From positions 24,371 to 88,370 of the forward strand of contig CACWJZ010000006.1 of assembly GCA_902761365.1 (NCBI GenBank): a stretch of 64,000 nt of DNA, given 5' to 3'. The notes under the pieces were generated by a model. It searched no databases. It worked only from the letters and a program-made list of their open reading frames with translations, and was not told the DNA's origin. Both the position numbers and the translations under genes were made by a program. Shown here piece after piece: positions 36,264 through 45,771 of the stretch (the first letter of the stretch is position 1; each line of letters starts with the position of its first letter). Source of the stretch: an uncultured Eubacteriales bacterium. GTDB lineage: Bacteria > Bacillota > Clostridia > Christensenellales > CAG-138.

Positions 36264-37367
36264 ATGAAGAAAGTGAATTGGACGGTCGTCCTGGCCGGCG
36301 TGGCGGTAGGCATCGCCGCGTTGGCTCTGAGCGCGCTGGGGAATCCCGCGAACATGGGCTTTTGCATCGCCTGCTTCGAGCGGGACATCGCCGGCACGTT
36401 GGGCCTGCATTCCGCGGCGGTGGTCCAGTATATGCGGCCGGAGATCATCGGCCTCGTACTGGGCGCCATGGTCATGGCCCTGGTGAAGGGGGAGTTTCGT
36501 GCCAAGGGCGGCTCCTCGCCTGCGACCCGCTTTTTGCTGGGCGCCCTGGTCATGATCGGGGCCCTGGTGTTCCTGGGCTGCCCCCTTCGGATGATGCTCC
36601 GCTTGGGCGGCGGCGATCTCAACGCCCTGGTGGCCTTGCTGGGATTTGCCCTGGGCATCTTCGTGGGAACCCTGTTCCTGAAGAGGGGCTTTTCCCTGAA
36701 GCGCAGCTATACCCTGGGCACGGCGGAGGGAGCGGTGCTACCCGTGCTGCTGATCCTCGGCGGCGTGGCGTTCCTGCTGTTCCCGGCGCTGTTCAAGATC
36801 AGCGAAAAGGGGCCCGGCTCTCAGCACGCGCCCTTCCTTATCGCTTTGGTGATCGCCATGGTGGTGGGCGCCTTTGCGCAGCGTTCGCGCCTCTGCATGG
36901 TGGGCGGCCTGCGTGACGCCATGATGTTCAAGGATTTCAAGCTCCTGTACGGATTCGTGGCCATCCTGATCGTCACCATCGTCGGCAAGTTGGCCCTGGG
37001 CGGCTTAGGCTGGAAGAATCTTACTGCGTTCAAGCTGGGCTTTGCGGAGCAGCCCGTGGCCCACAGCGCCCATGTGTGGAACTTCCTGGGCATGGCCTTG
37101 GCCGGCTGGGGTTCCGTGCTCCTGGGCGGCTGCCCCCTCCGTCAGCTGATCCTGGCCGGTGAGGGCAACGGCGACTCCGCGGTGGCGGTGTTCGGCATGA
37201 TCGCCGGGGCTGCCATCTCCCATAACTTCGGGTTGGCCGGCGCCGCCGGAAAGCCTGCCACGGAGGCGGTCTCCCTGAACGCTAAGGTGGTCATCCTGTG
37301 CGGTTTCGTGATCCTGCTGGCTATCTCCCTGATCAACCTGCCCAAAGTGGCAAAGAAGCAAGCCTGA
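36264..37367 (+). CDS. yedE: YedE-family putative selenium/sulfur-compound transporter
   Basis: A polytopic protein with paired Cys-containing re-entrant motifs (NMGFCIACFERD and RSRLCMVGGLRD). It lies adjacent to yedF. Confidence 0.8.
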   Translation: MKKVNWTVVLAGVAVGIAALALSALGNPANMGFCIACFERDIAGTLGLHSAAVVQYMRPEIIGLVLGAMVMALVKGEFRAKGGSSPATRFLLGALVMIGALVFLGCPLRMMLRLGGGDLNALVALLGFALGIFVGTLFLKRGFSLKRSYTLGTAEGAVLPVLLILGGVAFLLFPALFKISEKGPGSQHAPFLIALVIAMVVGAFAQRSRLCMVGGLRDAMMFKDFKLLYGFVAILIVTIVGKLALGGLGWKNLTAFKLGFAEQPVAHSAHVWNFLGMALAGWGSVLLGGCPLRQLILAGEGNGDSAVAVFGMIAGAAISHNFGLAGAAGKPATEAVSLNAKVVILCGFVILLAISLINLPKVAKKQA

Positions 37368-37391
37368 ACGGCGTAGAAGGAGGATATTGCT

Positions 37392-37595
37392 ATGGTAGAC
37401 GCGCGTGGATATTCCTGCCCCATCCCGGTGGTCATGGTGCAGCGGGCCGTGAAGGCGGAGAACCCTGAGAGCTTGACGGTGTTGGTGGACGAGCAGGTGT
37501 GCGTGGAGAACGTGACCCGGTTCGCCAACGCCTCCGGGTACAAGGTCACGGTCACCCGGGACGGCGACGACTATCGGATGGAACTCAAGAAATGA
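37392..37595 (+). CDS. yedF: YedF / TusA-like sulfurtransferase-fold protein
   Basis: 67 aa: MVDARGYSCPIPVVMVQRAVK, carrying the TusA-type CP motif. Confidence 0.8.
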   Translation: MVDARGYSCPIPVVMVQRAVKAENPESLTVLVDEQVCVENVTRFANASGYKVTVTRDGDDYRMELKK

Positions 37596-37834
37596 GAGAC
37601 TACGTTGCCACCTTCCATACCCATCTGTCCGCGCTGATGACTGATCGGAACCTGAAAGGCGCCGGCGTGCAGGCGCGCATGATGCCCGTGTTTCGGAAGC
37701 TCAGCTCCTCCTGCGGCACCTGCGTGGTCTATGCGGCGCCCGGACCCTGCCTGGAGCGGATGGACGAGGACGTGGAGGCGGTATACGAGATCACCGGCGA
37801 CGAAGAGTATCGCCTTCTGTACCAAAACGAATAA
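37592..37834 (+). CDS. DUF3343-like small protein (putative Se/S carrier)
   Basis: ATGA overlap with yedF. The 80-aa product begins MRDYVATFHTHLSALMTDRNLKGAGVQARMMPVFRKLSSSCGTCVVY, matching the DUF3343 pattern and context as I remember them. Confidence 0.6.
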   Translation: MRDYVATFHTHLSALMTDRNLKGAGVQARMMPVFRKLSSSCGTCVVYAAPGPCLERMDEDVEAVYEITGDEEYRLLYQNE

Positions 37835-37847
37835 ATCAACAAAACAT

Positions 37848-37881
37848 AAAACGACGGGGCAGAGGATGCCCCGTCGTTTTT
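37848..37881. terminator. Bidirectional intrinsic terminator
   Basis: AAAACGACGGGGCagaggatGCCCCGTCGTTTTT, lying between convergent genes. Confidence 0.85.
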
Positions 37882-37894
37882 ATCCTCAAAAAGA

Positions 37895-39499
37895 TTATAG
37901 CTCGTGTTCGTCGATGATGGCGGCGATCTCCCGGGCGGTGGCCTTGAGCTCATGGTTGCTGCGGCCGCCCATGCTGTCGATCAGCTCCATGAGCTTCTTT
38001 GCCACGGCCTTCAGGGATTCGTAGAGCGGGTTCAGCCTGGCCTGCTTCGGCTTGGTGATCCGCTTGCCCTCCGCGGCATACAGGAGCTCCCCGGCGCCAA
38101 GATCGTATGCGGTGCCGGAATAGGGGGCGATCACCTCCGTGGAGGAGAAGGTGGTCCGAAGGAGCTCGGCAAAGGTTTCGCAGGCGTCCTCGTCTCCGTG
38201 GTTCACAAAGATGGTCTTGGGACGGGTTGTGAATCCTTTGACCCAATTCAGCAGCCCGTTTTGATCGGCGTGACCGCTGGTGCCGTGGAGGGAGCAGATC
38301 TGGGCATTGACGGCGATGGCCTCTCCAAAGAGCTTCACCTGTTTGGCCCCGTGGAGCAGGGCGTGGCCCAGTGTCCCCGCCGTCTGATAGCCCACGAACA
38401 GGATCATATTCTTGCTGTCCCACAGGTTGTGCTTCAGATGGTGGCGTATGCGGCCCGCGTCGCACATGCCGCTGGCGGAGATGATGACCTTGGGCCGCGG
38501 GTCGTTGTTGATGGCGATGGAGTCCTCCGTGGTCACGGACAGCTCCAGCCCGTCGAACCAAACCGGGTTTTCGCCACGATGCAGGATTTCCAGGGCCTCC
38601 TCATCGAGATAGGATTCGTCCACATCCCGGAAGATGGCCGTGGCCTCCTGAGCCAGGGGACTGTCCAAAAATACCGGCGCGTCGTCGTGGCCGTGGACCA
38701 GGCCCCGGGCCTTGATCTCCCGGATGCCGTACAGCAGCTCCTGGGTCCGACCCACAGCAAAGGCGGGAATGACCAAATTGCCGCCCCGGTCCAGCGCCTT
38801 CTGCATATAGGCGGCGAAATCGGCGATGGGGTCCACGCCCTCCGAGGGCTCATGGAGCCGGTTCCCGTAGGTGGATTCGATGACGAGATAGTCGGCTTCC
38901 GCCACGTTTTGCGGGTCCCGGATGATGGGCTGGTCGGTGTTCCCCACGTCGCCGCTGAAGACGATCTTTTTGGAGGTTTCTCCCTCCTGAAGCCACACCT
39001 CGATGCATGCGGAGCCCAGCAGATGGCCGATGTCGGTGAACCGGATCTGGACGCCCTCGTCCACGGAGATGACCTCGCCATACCTGCAGGGACGGAACAG
39101 GGGCATGAGGCCGTGCACGTCCTCCGTGGTGTACAGGGGCTCCACTATCTCGTCCCCGGCCCGGGTGGCCTTGCGGTTTTGCCATTCGGCTTCGGACTCC
39201 TGGATGTGGGCGGAGTCCAGCAGCATGATGTTGCAGAGGCTGCAGGTGGCCGACGTGGCATAGACCGGGCCCCGATACCCGTCCTTGTAGAGCTTGGGCA
39301 GCATGCCCGTGTGGTCGATGTGGGCGTGGGTGATGAACACGGCGCTGATCTCCTCCGGCGCCACCGGCAATGGCACGTTCTCGAACAGGTCAACGCCCTG
39401 CTCCATGCCCTTGTCCACCAGGTAGTACCGGCCGCCGTTCTCCAGCAGGGTACAGCTGCCGGTCACCTCATGGGTCGCTCCGATAAACGTGATCTTCAT
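37895..39499 (-). CDS. MBL-fold beta-CASP family hydrolase (RNA-metabolising nuclease type)
   Basis: MKITFIGATHEVTGSC.., HAHIDHTGMLPKL and beta-CASP motifs (ESTYGNR, SGHAD). Confidence 0.8.
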   Translation of the reverse strand: MKITFIGATHEVTGSCTLLENGGRYYLVDKGMEQGVDLFENVPLPVAPEEISAVFITHAHIDHTGMLPKLYKDGYRGPVYATSATCSLCNIMLLDSAHIQESEAEWQNRKATRAGDEIVEPLYTTEDVHGLMPLFRPCRYGEVISVDEGVQIRFTDIGHLLGSACIEVWLQEGETSKKIVFSGDVGNTDQPIIRDPQNVAEADYLVIESTYGNRLHEPSEGVDPIADFAAYMQKALDRGGNLVIPAFAVGRTQELLYGIREIKARGLVHGHDDAPVFLDSPLAQEATAIFRDVDESYLDEEALEILHRGENPVWFDGLELSVTTEDSIAINNDPRPKVIISASGMCDAGRIRHHLKHNLWDSKNMILFVGYQTAGTLGHALLHGAKQVKLFGEAIAVNAQICSLHGTSGHADQNGLLNWVKGFTTRPKTIFVNHGDEDACETFAELLRTTFSSTEVIAPYSGTAYDLGAGELLYAAEGKRITKPKQARLNPLYESLKAVAKKLMELIDSMGGRSNHELKATAREIAAIIDEHEL

Positions 39500-39521
39500 T
39501 GGTCTACCTCCGGGTGTTGGT

Positions 39522-41135
39522 TCACTTCTCGTTCTTGATCCGCAAAAAGCGGATTACGGCGTGGGTCAGGGCGTCCAGGATCAGAATGATGCCTACGCTG
39601 ATGGCATACCAGCGCATGGCCCACTGAGGGGCGATCAGGATGAACAGGCCGCACAGGGCGAAGAGCACGGCCTCCGCCAGATGCAGGCAGAAGAAGGTGC
39701 CCCAACGCTTCTCCTGTTTCAGCTTCGCGGCGGTGTAATAGGCATAGTACAGCAGCACGCCGCCGAAGAGGGCGGAGCTGAGCACGAACAGCGCCTGCTC
39801 CTTCACCAGGATCAACAGGATGATGACCAAAAATACGATGCACAGGGTGATCCGCGTGCGCTCCTCGCGGGTGTTCCAGTGGTTATGCCTGAGCCGCCGG
39901 ACGGTGTATGCGGCCTCCGCGGCGAACCCCAGGAACAGGGCCCCCGCCATGACCATGTCGAAGAAGCTGATGGGCAGGAGCAGGAGCAGCAAACCCACCA
40001 GGGCGATGGCCGCATCCAGCAGATAGGGCTGATGGGCCACCTCCTGCCTGACCAGAACCGTCACCTTGTCGGCGGCCTTCCGTTCCTCGTGCATGGCGGC
40101 CTCCGGCAGCTTCTTGATGGCATCCTTGGTGGCCGGGTCCGCATCCAATATGGACACGATCACGTTCTCGAAGGAGGCGGGCCACTTGTCCAGCACATCG
40201 AACAGGGTCTTGGAGCCGTCCTTCTCAAGGGCGTCGAAGATGCTGTTGGTGAACATCCGGCGCTCCTCAGGGGGCATGTTTTCCAGCCATTTGTCCAATA
40301 GGGTTTGTATGGTCAGGCACTGCGGGTCATAGTCCTCCGCCAGGGCCAGGCTGCCGCAATCGATGCCCCAGGAGAAGATGGAGTGCTGCATGCCGCCCTT
40401 CTGGGTGCTCTTCACGATGCGGCAATCGGTGATGTTCGGTTCGAAGATCTTGCCGATCACGCAGTATTCCGGCCGGATAGCTGTGGAGATGGGGTCGATG
40501 GACTCGATGAGCTTCGGGTCCAGCACCTCCTTGCAGAAGCCGGGACCGTCGTTGATGTACAGGTGCTGCAGCTGAGCTTTCTTTCGTCCCGACAGCAAGG
40601 CAGCGGCATAGAGGACCTCGTTGGCACCCTTGCTGTGACCGCCCACATAGTAGACCTTGCCTGGCCGAATGTGCTGCTCCAGGTATTCGAGGCTCATCCG
40701 CTGGGCCTTCGTCTCTGTGAAGCTGATCATGAAGTCCTCCTTCCAGCCGGCAATGGAGCTGTCCGTGCCTCGGAAGGCGATATAGCGGGTGCTCCGATTC
40801 AGATGGAAGGTGATGGCGGAGAACTGGGTGGGCACTTCGGGGATGAGCACATCCACGTAGTCGCTGACGAACAGATCCCCGAATCGCCTTGAACAGGCGG
40901 CGCAGCGAACAAATTCAGCCATGGACGCATCCGTGTCGGTGGTCATCATCTGTACGTCCGCGCCCTGCAGCTGGTCGAAGCAAGCCCGCAGGGTATGCTT
41001 TTTGTGGCCCCAGCCCATCTCGGGGAACTTCCAATAGGACAGTCCGCACAGGACCAGATTGTCCACCTCGTTGAAGGGGAGGACCTCAAAGGGGATGTCC
41101 GAATACCAGCGGACGTAATCGATGATGCGATCCAT
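39522..41135 (-). CDS. DUF2974 (Mbeg1-like alpha/beta hydrolase) fused to a C-terminal multi-TM domain
   Basis: The N-terminal lipase-like domain has a GGHSKGAN nucleophile elbow. The C-terminal roughly 170 aa form 5-6 TM segments. Confidence 0.65.
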   Translation of the reverse strand: MDRIIDYVRWYSDIPFEVLPFNEVDNLVLCGLSYWKFPEMGWGHKKHTLRACFDQLQGADVQMMTTDTDASMAEFVRCAACSRRFGDLFVSDYVDVLIPEVPTQFSAITFHLNRSTRYIAFRGTDSSIAGWKEDFMISFTETKAQRMSLEYLEQHIRPGKVYYVGGHSKGANEVLYAAALLSGRKKAQLQHLYINDGPGFCKEVLDPKLIESIDPISTAIRPEYCVIGKIFEPNITDCRIVKSTQKGGMQHSIFSWGIDCGSLALAEDYDPQCLTIQTLLDKWLENMPPEERRMFTNSIFDALEKDGSKTLFDVLDKWPASFENVIVSILDADPATKDAIKKLPEAAMHEERKAADKVTVLVRQEVAHQPYLLDAAIALVGLLLLLLPISFFDMVMAGALFLGFAAEAAYTVRRLRHNHWNTREERTRITLCIVFLVIILLILVKEQALFVLSSALFGGVLLYYAYYTAAKLKQEKRWGTFFCLHLAEAVLFALCGLFILIAPQWAMRWYAISVGIILILDALTHAVIRFLRIKNEK

Positions 41136-41182
41136 ACAGGCTCCTTGGTATGAAAAGGCAGCCCATCGGCTGCCAACGGGGA

Positions 41183-41557
41183 CTATCCGGCGGTGTGCTT
41201 TGCGGCGAAGGCTTTGATGCGGTCGAAGGTGATGTCACTGATGTAGTGCTCCACCTTGCAGGCATCCTCCAACGCGGTCTTTTCATCTACGCCGATGCTC
41301 ATAAAAAACTGGGACAGGGTGTTGTGGCGCTCATAGATCTTCTCGGCGATGGCCCGGCCGGAGTCGGTCAACGTGAGATACCCGGTGGGATCCATGAGCA
41401 GATAGCCGCCGCTCTTGAGGAGGCCCACCGCGCGGGAGACGCTGGGCTTGCTGAACCCCATGTGCTCCGCCACGTCCAGGGACCGCACATGCTCCAACCG
41501 TTGAGACAGGATGAGGATGGTTTCCAAATACATCTCTCCGGATTCCTGCAAGCGCAT
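41183..41557 (-). CDS. mntR: DtxR/MntR-family metal-dependent transcriptional repressor
   Basis: Start after GGAAGGAGG. MRLQESGEMYLETILILSQ....VRSLDVAEHMGFSKPSVSRAVGLLKSGGYL. Confidence 0.85.
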   Translation of the reverse strand: MRLQESGEMYLETILILSQRLEHVRSLDVAEHMGFSKPSVSRAVGLLKSGGYLLMDPTGYLTLTDSGRAIAEKIYERHNTLSQFFMSIGVDEKTALEDACKVEHYISDITFDRIKAFAAKHTAG

Positions 41558-41793
41558 ATTCTCGCCTCCTTCCACCTATGAGTATAGTATCATATATCCA
41601 TTTTTTTGCAAGGCTTCCGCGGAAAACTTTCCGGAGGATAATACTGTGGGTCTTTCGTTTACATGCTGTCGATAGGTGCGATCCCGTCGATTTTGCGACA
41701 TCCTGCAGCAGGAGACGAGAAAAGTTCACCGTTTAAGAACACGGAACGGGTTGCTATAGTGGGGGTGCTAATCCAAGGAACGGGAGGTGTTTC

Positions 41794-42072
41794 ATGAGGA
41801 GCCGAGATTGCCGCCACTACTCAAGACGGGAATTGATCGAGATCATCTACGAGCTGGAGCGCAGGGAGGAGAAGCTAGAGAAGCGGCTGGAAAGGGCCAG
41901 GGCCAGGCTGAAGGACCGTACGATGCGGATGGAGCGCGCCGGGTCCCTGGCGGAGGTCGCCGCGGTGATCGCTGGCCTCTTTGAAGCCGCGGACGAGACA
42001 GCGGCCATGTATCTTGCAGGGGTGAAAGCCCAGGAAAAGGATGTGAGGGAAGCGGAGGAGCGGGCCTCATGA
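41794..42072 (+). CDS. Small coiled-coil hypothetical protein
   Basis: 92 aa, rich in Arg/Glu heptads (ELERREEKLEKRLERARARLKDR). An ATGA overlap couples it to the signal peptidase gene. Confidence 0.5.
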   Translation: MRSRDCRHYSRRELIEIIYELERREEKLEKRLERARARLKDRTMRMERAGSLAEVAAVIAGLFEAADETAAMYLAGVKAQEKDVREAEERAS

Positions 42073-42659
42073 TCTATCAGACCCGGCGGGGACAGGCCAT
42101 CCCCACCCTGGTGCAGGTCGAAGCGGAGCGAAGGAAGCTAGACCGTCGCAGCCACCGCAGACGCGCCTGGGGCACCTTTCTGTTGTCCTTTCTCGTGACG
42201 TTCATGGGCGGGCTTTTGATCCTGCTCATGTTCCTTCCTGTGCTGGAGGTGTCGGGGAGCAGCATGGAGCCCACGCTGCGGGATGGAGACATCCTCGTCC
42301 TGCTCCGATCCGGCACCATCGGATATGGGGAGATGTGCGGCATGTACGCTCAGGGGAGGCTGATTCTGAAGCGGGTCATCGGCCTGCCGGGGGACGTGGT
42401 GGACATGGACGCAGCGGGCAACGTGTACGTGAACGGACTGCCACTGCGGGAGCCCTACGTGGCCCATAAGGCGGTGGGCACCTGCGATCTGAACTTTCCC
42501 TATACCGTCCCCGAAAACAGCCTCTTCGTCCTGGGAGACCATCGAGAGACCAGCATCGACAGCCGCAGCAACCTGATCGGTTGCATCGAGACCAGCCAGG
42601 TCATGGGGCAGGTAGTGGCGCGCATATGGCCCCCCAAGAGCATCGGGTGGGTGAATTAG
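42069..42659 (+). CDS. lepB: Signal peptidase I
   Basis: TM anchor, catalytic SGSSMEPTL, LKRVIGLPGD and GDHRETSIDSR. Confidence 0.9.
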   Translation: MIYQTRRGQAIPTLVQVEAERRKLDRRSHRRRAWGTFLLSFLVTFMGGLLILLMFLPVLEVSGSSMEPTLRDGDILVLLRSGTIGYGEMCGMYAQGRLILKRVIGLPGDVVDMDAAGNVYVNGLPLREPYVAHKAVGTCDLNFPYTVPENSLFVLGDHRETSIDSRSNLIGCIETSQVMGQVVARIWPPKSIGWVN

Positions 42660-42764
42660 GAAGGCGTATCGAAGGGCAGAAGCGTGTCTGCAATTTTCGA
42701 CCGCGGTGGATTGACACCTGCTTTAGGAACCGGTAAACTAAATGCATTTCTGGAACAGGGAGGC

Positions 42765-43616
42765 ATGAATATGATCCGCATGGAGACGGTCGATCTGTAT
42801 GAGCTCTATCCGCAGCCTGAGCGGGGGCCGGGCGGGCAGCTGACGGTGTATGCGCTGTCGCCCATACCCAAGGTCGATCCGAATCGGCGGTTTCCCGCGG
42901 TGCTCATCCTGCCGGGCGGCGCCTATTCCTGGGTCTCGTCCCGGGAGGCGGAGCCGGTGGCCATGCGCTTTGTCGCCCGGGGATTCTCCTGCTTCGTGCT
43001 GAACTATTCCTGTGCCCCGTGCCGGTTCCCGGTGGCGCTGCGGGAGGCGGCGCTGGCCATGCGGTATATCCGTGATTGCGCCGACGAGCTCCACATCGAC
43101 AGCCGCCATGTGGCGGCCCTGGGCTTTTCTGCCGGCGGCCATCTGTGCGGAACGCTGGGGACCCTGTTTGATGCCCAGGAGGTGTCGGACATCGCCACAC
43201 CGTCCGTGATACGACCGGACGCTTTGATCCTGTGTTATCCTGTGTCCGTGTCCCAGGGGAGGACCCATCGGGACAGCTTCGTCAATCTCTGCGGGGACGA
43301 TGCGGAACTGATGGACCGGCTCTCTTTGGACAGGCTGATCCGCCATGATATGATGCCGGTGTTCCTATGGCATACCCGGACGGACGGCTCGGTACCCGTG
43401 GACGGGACGATCCGGCTGGCCGCTGCCCTGGCGGAGAAGGATGTGCCCTTTGCGTTCCACGTGTTCGCCGACGGGCGCCACGGCCTCGCCACGGGGGACG
43501 ATCTCGTCTATCGCCGGGACGATCTGCCGCCCGTCAGCGACGGTGTCCGGGATTGGCCGGAGCTGGCCATCCGGTTCCTCTGGGAGCAGGGCTTCCACAT
43601 CCAGGACGGAGAATAG
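42765..43616 (+). CDS. Alpha/beta hydrolase (acetyl esterase/lipase-like)
   Basis: LILPGGAY.. and the GFSAGGHL nucleophile elbow, with a C-terminal His region (FADGRHGL). Confidence 0.75.
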   Translation: MNMIRMETVDLYELYPQPERGPGGQLTVYALSPIPKVDPNRRFPAVLILPGGAYSWVSSREAEPVAMRFVARGFSCFVLNYSCAPCRFPVALREAALAMRYIRDCADELHIDSRHVAALGFSAGGHLCGTLGTLFDAQEVSDIATPSVIRPDALILCYPVSVSQGRTHRDSFVNLCGDDAELMDRLSLDRLIRHDMMPVFLWHTRTDGSVPVDGTIRLAAALAEKDVPFAFHVFADGRHGLATGDDLVYRRDDLPPVSDGVRDWPELAIRFLWEQGFHIQDGE

Positions 43617-43636
43617 GGGAGATGTTTATGCAAAAA

Positions 43637-43663
43637 GCAGCAGGTTCAAAACCTGCTGCTTTA
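43637..43663. terminator. Bidirectional intrinsic terminator
   Basis: An A-run, then GCAGCAGGTtcaaaACCTGCTGC, then TTTAT. Confidence 0.8.
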
Positions 43664-43678
43664 TCGTTTGCCTGCGCT

Positions 43679-44674
43679 TTACCGCTCCTCGCGGAAGTAG
43701 GGGAGACCCAGGGACATGGGCGGCTGATCCTCCCGCTTCTTCCGTAGGGATACGATGATCAGCACTAAAAGGGTGATGACGTAGGGGAACATCTTGTAGA
43801 TTTCCTTGATGGCCATCTCCGTACCCGTGGGAATGTAGAGGTACAGAATGTACAGACCACCGAACAAGATGGAGGCCAGGATGCTGACGCTGGGACGCCA
43901 GATGGTGAAAATGACCAAAGCGATAGCGAGCCAGCCTCTGTCGCCGAAGGCGTTGTGGGACCAAATGCCGTTGGAGTAATCCAGCACGTAGTATAGACCG
44001 CCGAGGCCCGCTATCATGCTGCCCGTGCAAGTAGCCACATACTTGTATTTGACCACGTTGATACCGGCTGCATCCGCCGTAGCAGGGCTTTCACCCACGG
44101 CGCGCAGATGAAGACCGGTCCGAGTACGTTTGAGCACGTAGGATGCCACTAAAGCGATGATGATAGCGAGATAGGCCAGGAATCCATAAGATAGGAACAG
44201 TTGACCGAACCAGCCCATCTTATTTGCAAAGGGCAGGGTGGTTTTGATATATCCACTGGTGCCACCCAGCACGATGGCGGGGACCTCCGCGTTGGACAGT
44301 TTGATCAGCGATCCGCCAAAGAAGTTTGCAAAGCCCACACCGAAGGTGGTGATGGCAAGACCCGTCACGTTCTGGTTGGCACGCAGGGAAACGGTCAGAA
44401 AACAGTACAGAAGGCCGATTAGCAGTGAGCCGATCAGGCAGCAGACCAAGGGGATCAAAACCGCCAGGAGGGGGTTCATGCTGTCCTTGGGGGTAAACGT
44501 CTCATAGTAGAAAGCACCGATGACGCTGGAAATGGCGCCCATGTACATGATGCCCGGGATTCCGAGGTTTAGGTTGCCGGATTTTTCCGTCAGGATCTCG
44601 CCAGTGCTGCCATACAGCAGGGGAATGCCTTGCATGATCGCCCGCGGAATAAAGGTCACAAGAAAGTTCAACAT
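43679..44674 (-). CDS. ABC transporter permease (BMP/nucleoside-type uptake system)
   Basis: A polytopic permease in an operon with the BMP-family binding protein and a duplicated ATPase. Confidence 0.8.
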   Translation of the reverse strand: MLNFLVTFIPRAIMQGIPLLYGSTGEILTEKSGNLNLGIPGIMYMGAISSVIGAFYYETFTPKDSMNPLLAVLIPLVCCLIGSLLIGLLYCFLTVSLRANQNVTGLAITTFGVGFANFFGGSLIKLSNAEVPAIVLGGTSGYIKTTLPFANKMGWFGQLFLSYGFLAYLAIIIALVASYVLKRTRTGLHLRAVGESPATADAAGINVVKYKYVATCTGSMIAGLGGLYYVLDYSNGIWSHNAFGDRGWLAIALVIFTIWRPSVSILASILFGGLYILYLYIPTGTEMAIKEIYKMFPYVITLLVLIIVSLRKKREDQPPMSLGLPYFREER

Positions 44675-44676
44675 CG

Positions 44677-45771
44677 TTATGCCTCCTTACCGCTCTTTGC
44701 AAATTGGATCTTGTAGGTGATGAAGAATTCGCAGCCGATGATGAAGAACAGGATGATACCCGTCAGGATCTCCGAGAAGGATTCGTTCAGGTAGAAATTG
44801 GTGGCCACTTCCTTGGCGCCTAGCTGCATGAACACCAGTAGGAAACTGGTGAGGATCATCACGATGGGGTTGAACTTGGCGAGCCAGGACACCATGACGG
44901 CGGTAAATCCGCGGCCGCCGACCAGCTCAGTGGACAGGGAGTGATCCGTACCGCCCACCAGAAGCATGCCCATGAAACCGCACAGGGCACCGGAAAGCAC
45001 CATGGTCCGAATGATGACCCGCTCCACCTTGATGCCTGCATATTTAGCGGTTCGTTCGCTTTCGCCCACCACGGAGATCTCATACCCCTGTTTGCTGTAC
45101 TTGAGGTAGATGAAGATCAGGATCGTCAGTATCGCCACCAAAAGAACGATGATGGCGTACTGCTTCCCACCCAGGTAGGGCAGCCACCCTAAGCGGGTTT
45201 TCTGATTTATGATGCCGATCTTGCCGGATCCCTTGGGCACCTCCCAAATGATGATGAAATAGGCGGCCAACTGAATGGCGATATAGTTCATCATCAGAGT
45301 GAACAACGTTTCGTTGGTGTTCCAATGGGCTTTGAAAAAGGCGGGCAAGAAGCCCCAGAGGGCGCCGGCGGCTACGCTGACCACCAGCATGAGCAGCAGC
45401 ATGACCGTATTCGACTTGATGGTTTCGCTTAGCGTGATCATCACAGCCGCGCAGGCAAGACCACCCACGATGACTTGGCCCTCGGCTCCGATGTTCCAGA
45501 AACGCATCTTGAAGGCGGGGGTCACCGCAAGGGAGATCCCCAGCAATATCGCAAGCTTTTGGAACAGGACCCATGTCTTTCGATTGGTGCCGAAGGTACC
45601 GTAGAACATGGTTTTGTATAGGGCAAGGGGATTTAGACCCGTGACGATGATGGTGACGAGGGAGCACATGAGCAGAGCTAGGAGGATGGCACAGCCGCGG
45701 ATCAACCAAGCCTGATACCAGGGGAGTGCTTCCCGCTTTACGATGTGGAACAGGGCTTTTTTATTTTTCAT
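44677..45771 (-). CDS. ABC transporter permease (BMP/nucleoside-type uptake system)
   Basis: Start at MKNKKALFHIV, after GGGAGG. It is polytopic and overlaps the end of the ATPase gene. Confidence 0.8.
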   Translation of the reverse strand: MKNKKALFHIVKREALPWYQAWLIRGCAILLALLMCSLVTIIVTGLNPLALYKTMFYGTFGTNRKTWVLFQKLAILLGISLAVTPAFKMRFWNIGAEGQVIVGGLACAAVMITLSETIKSNTVMLLLMLVVSVAAGALWGFLPAFFKAHWNTNETLFTLMMNYIAIQLAAYFIIIWEVPKGSGKIGIINQKTRLGWLPYLGGKQYAIIVLLVAILTILIFIYLKYSKQGYEISVVGESERTAKYAGIKVERVIIRTMVLSGALCGFMGMLLVGGTDHSLSTELVGGRGFTAVMVSWLAKFNPIVMILTSFLLVFMQLGAKEVATNFYLNESFSEILTGIILFFIIGCEFFITYKIQFAKSGKEA

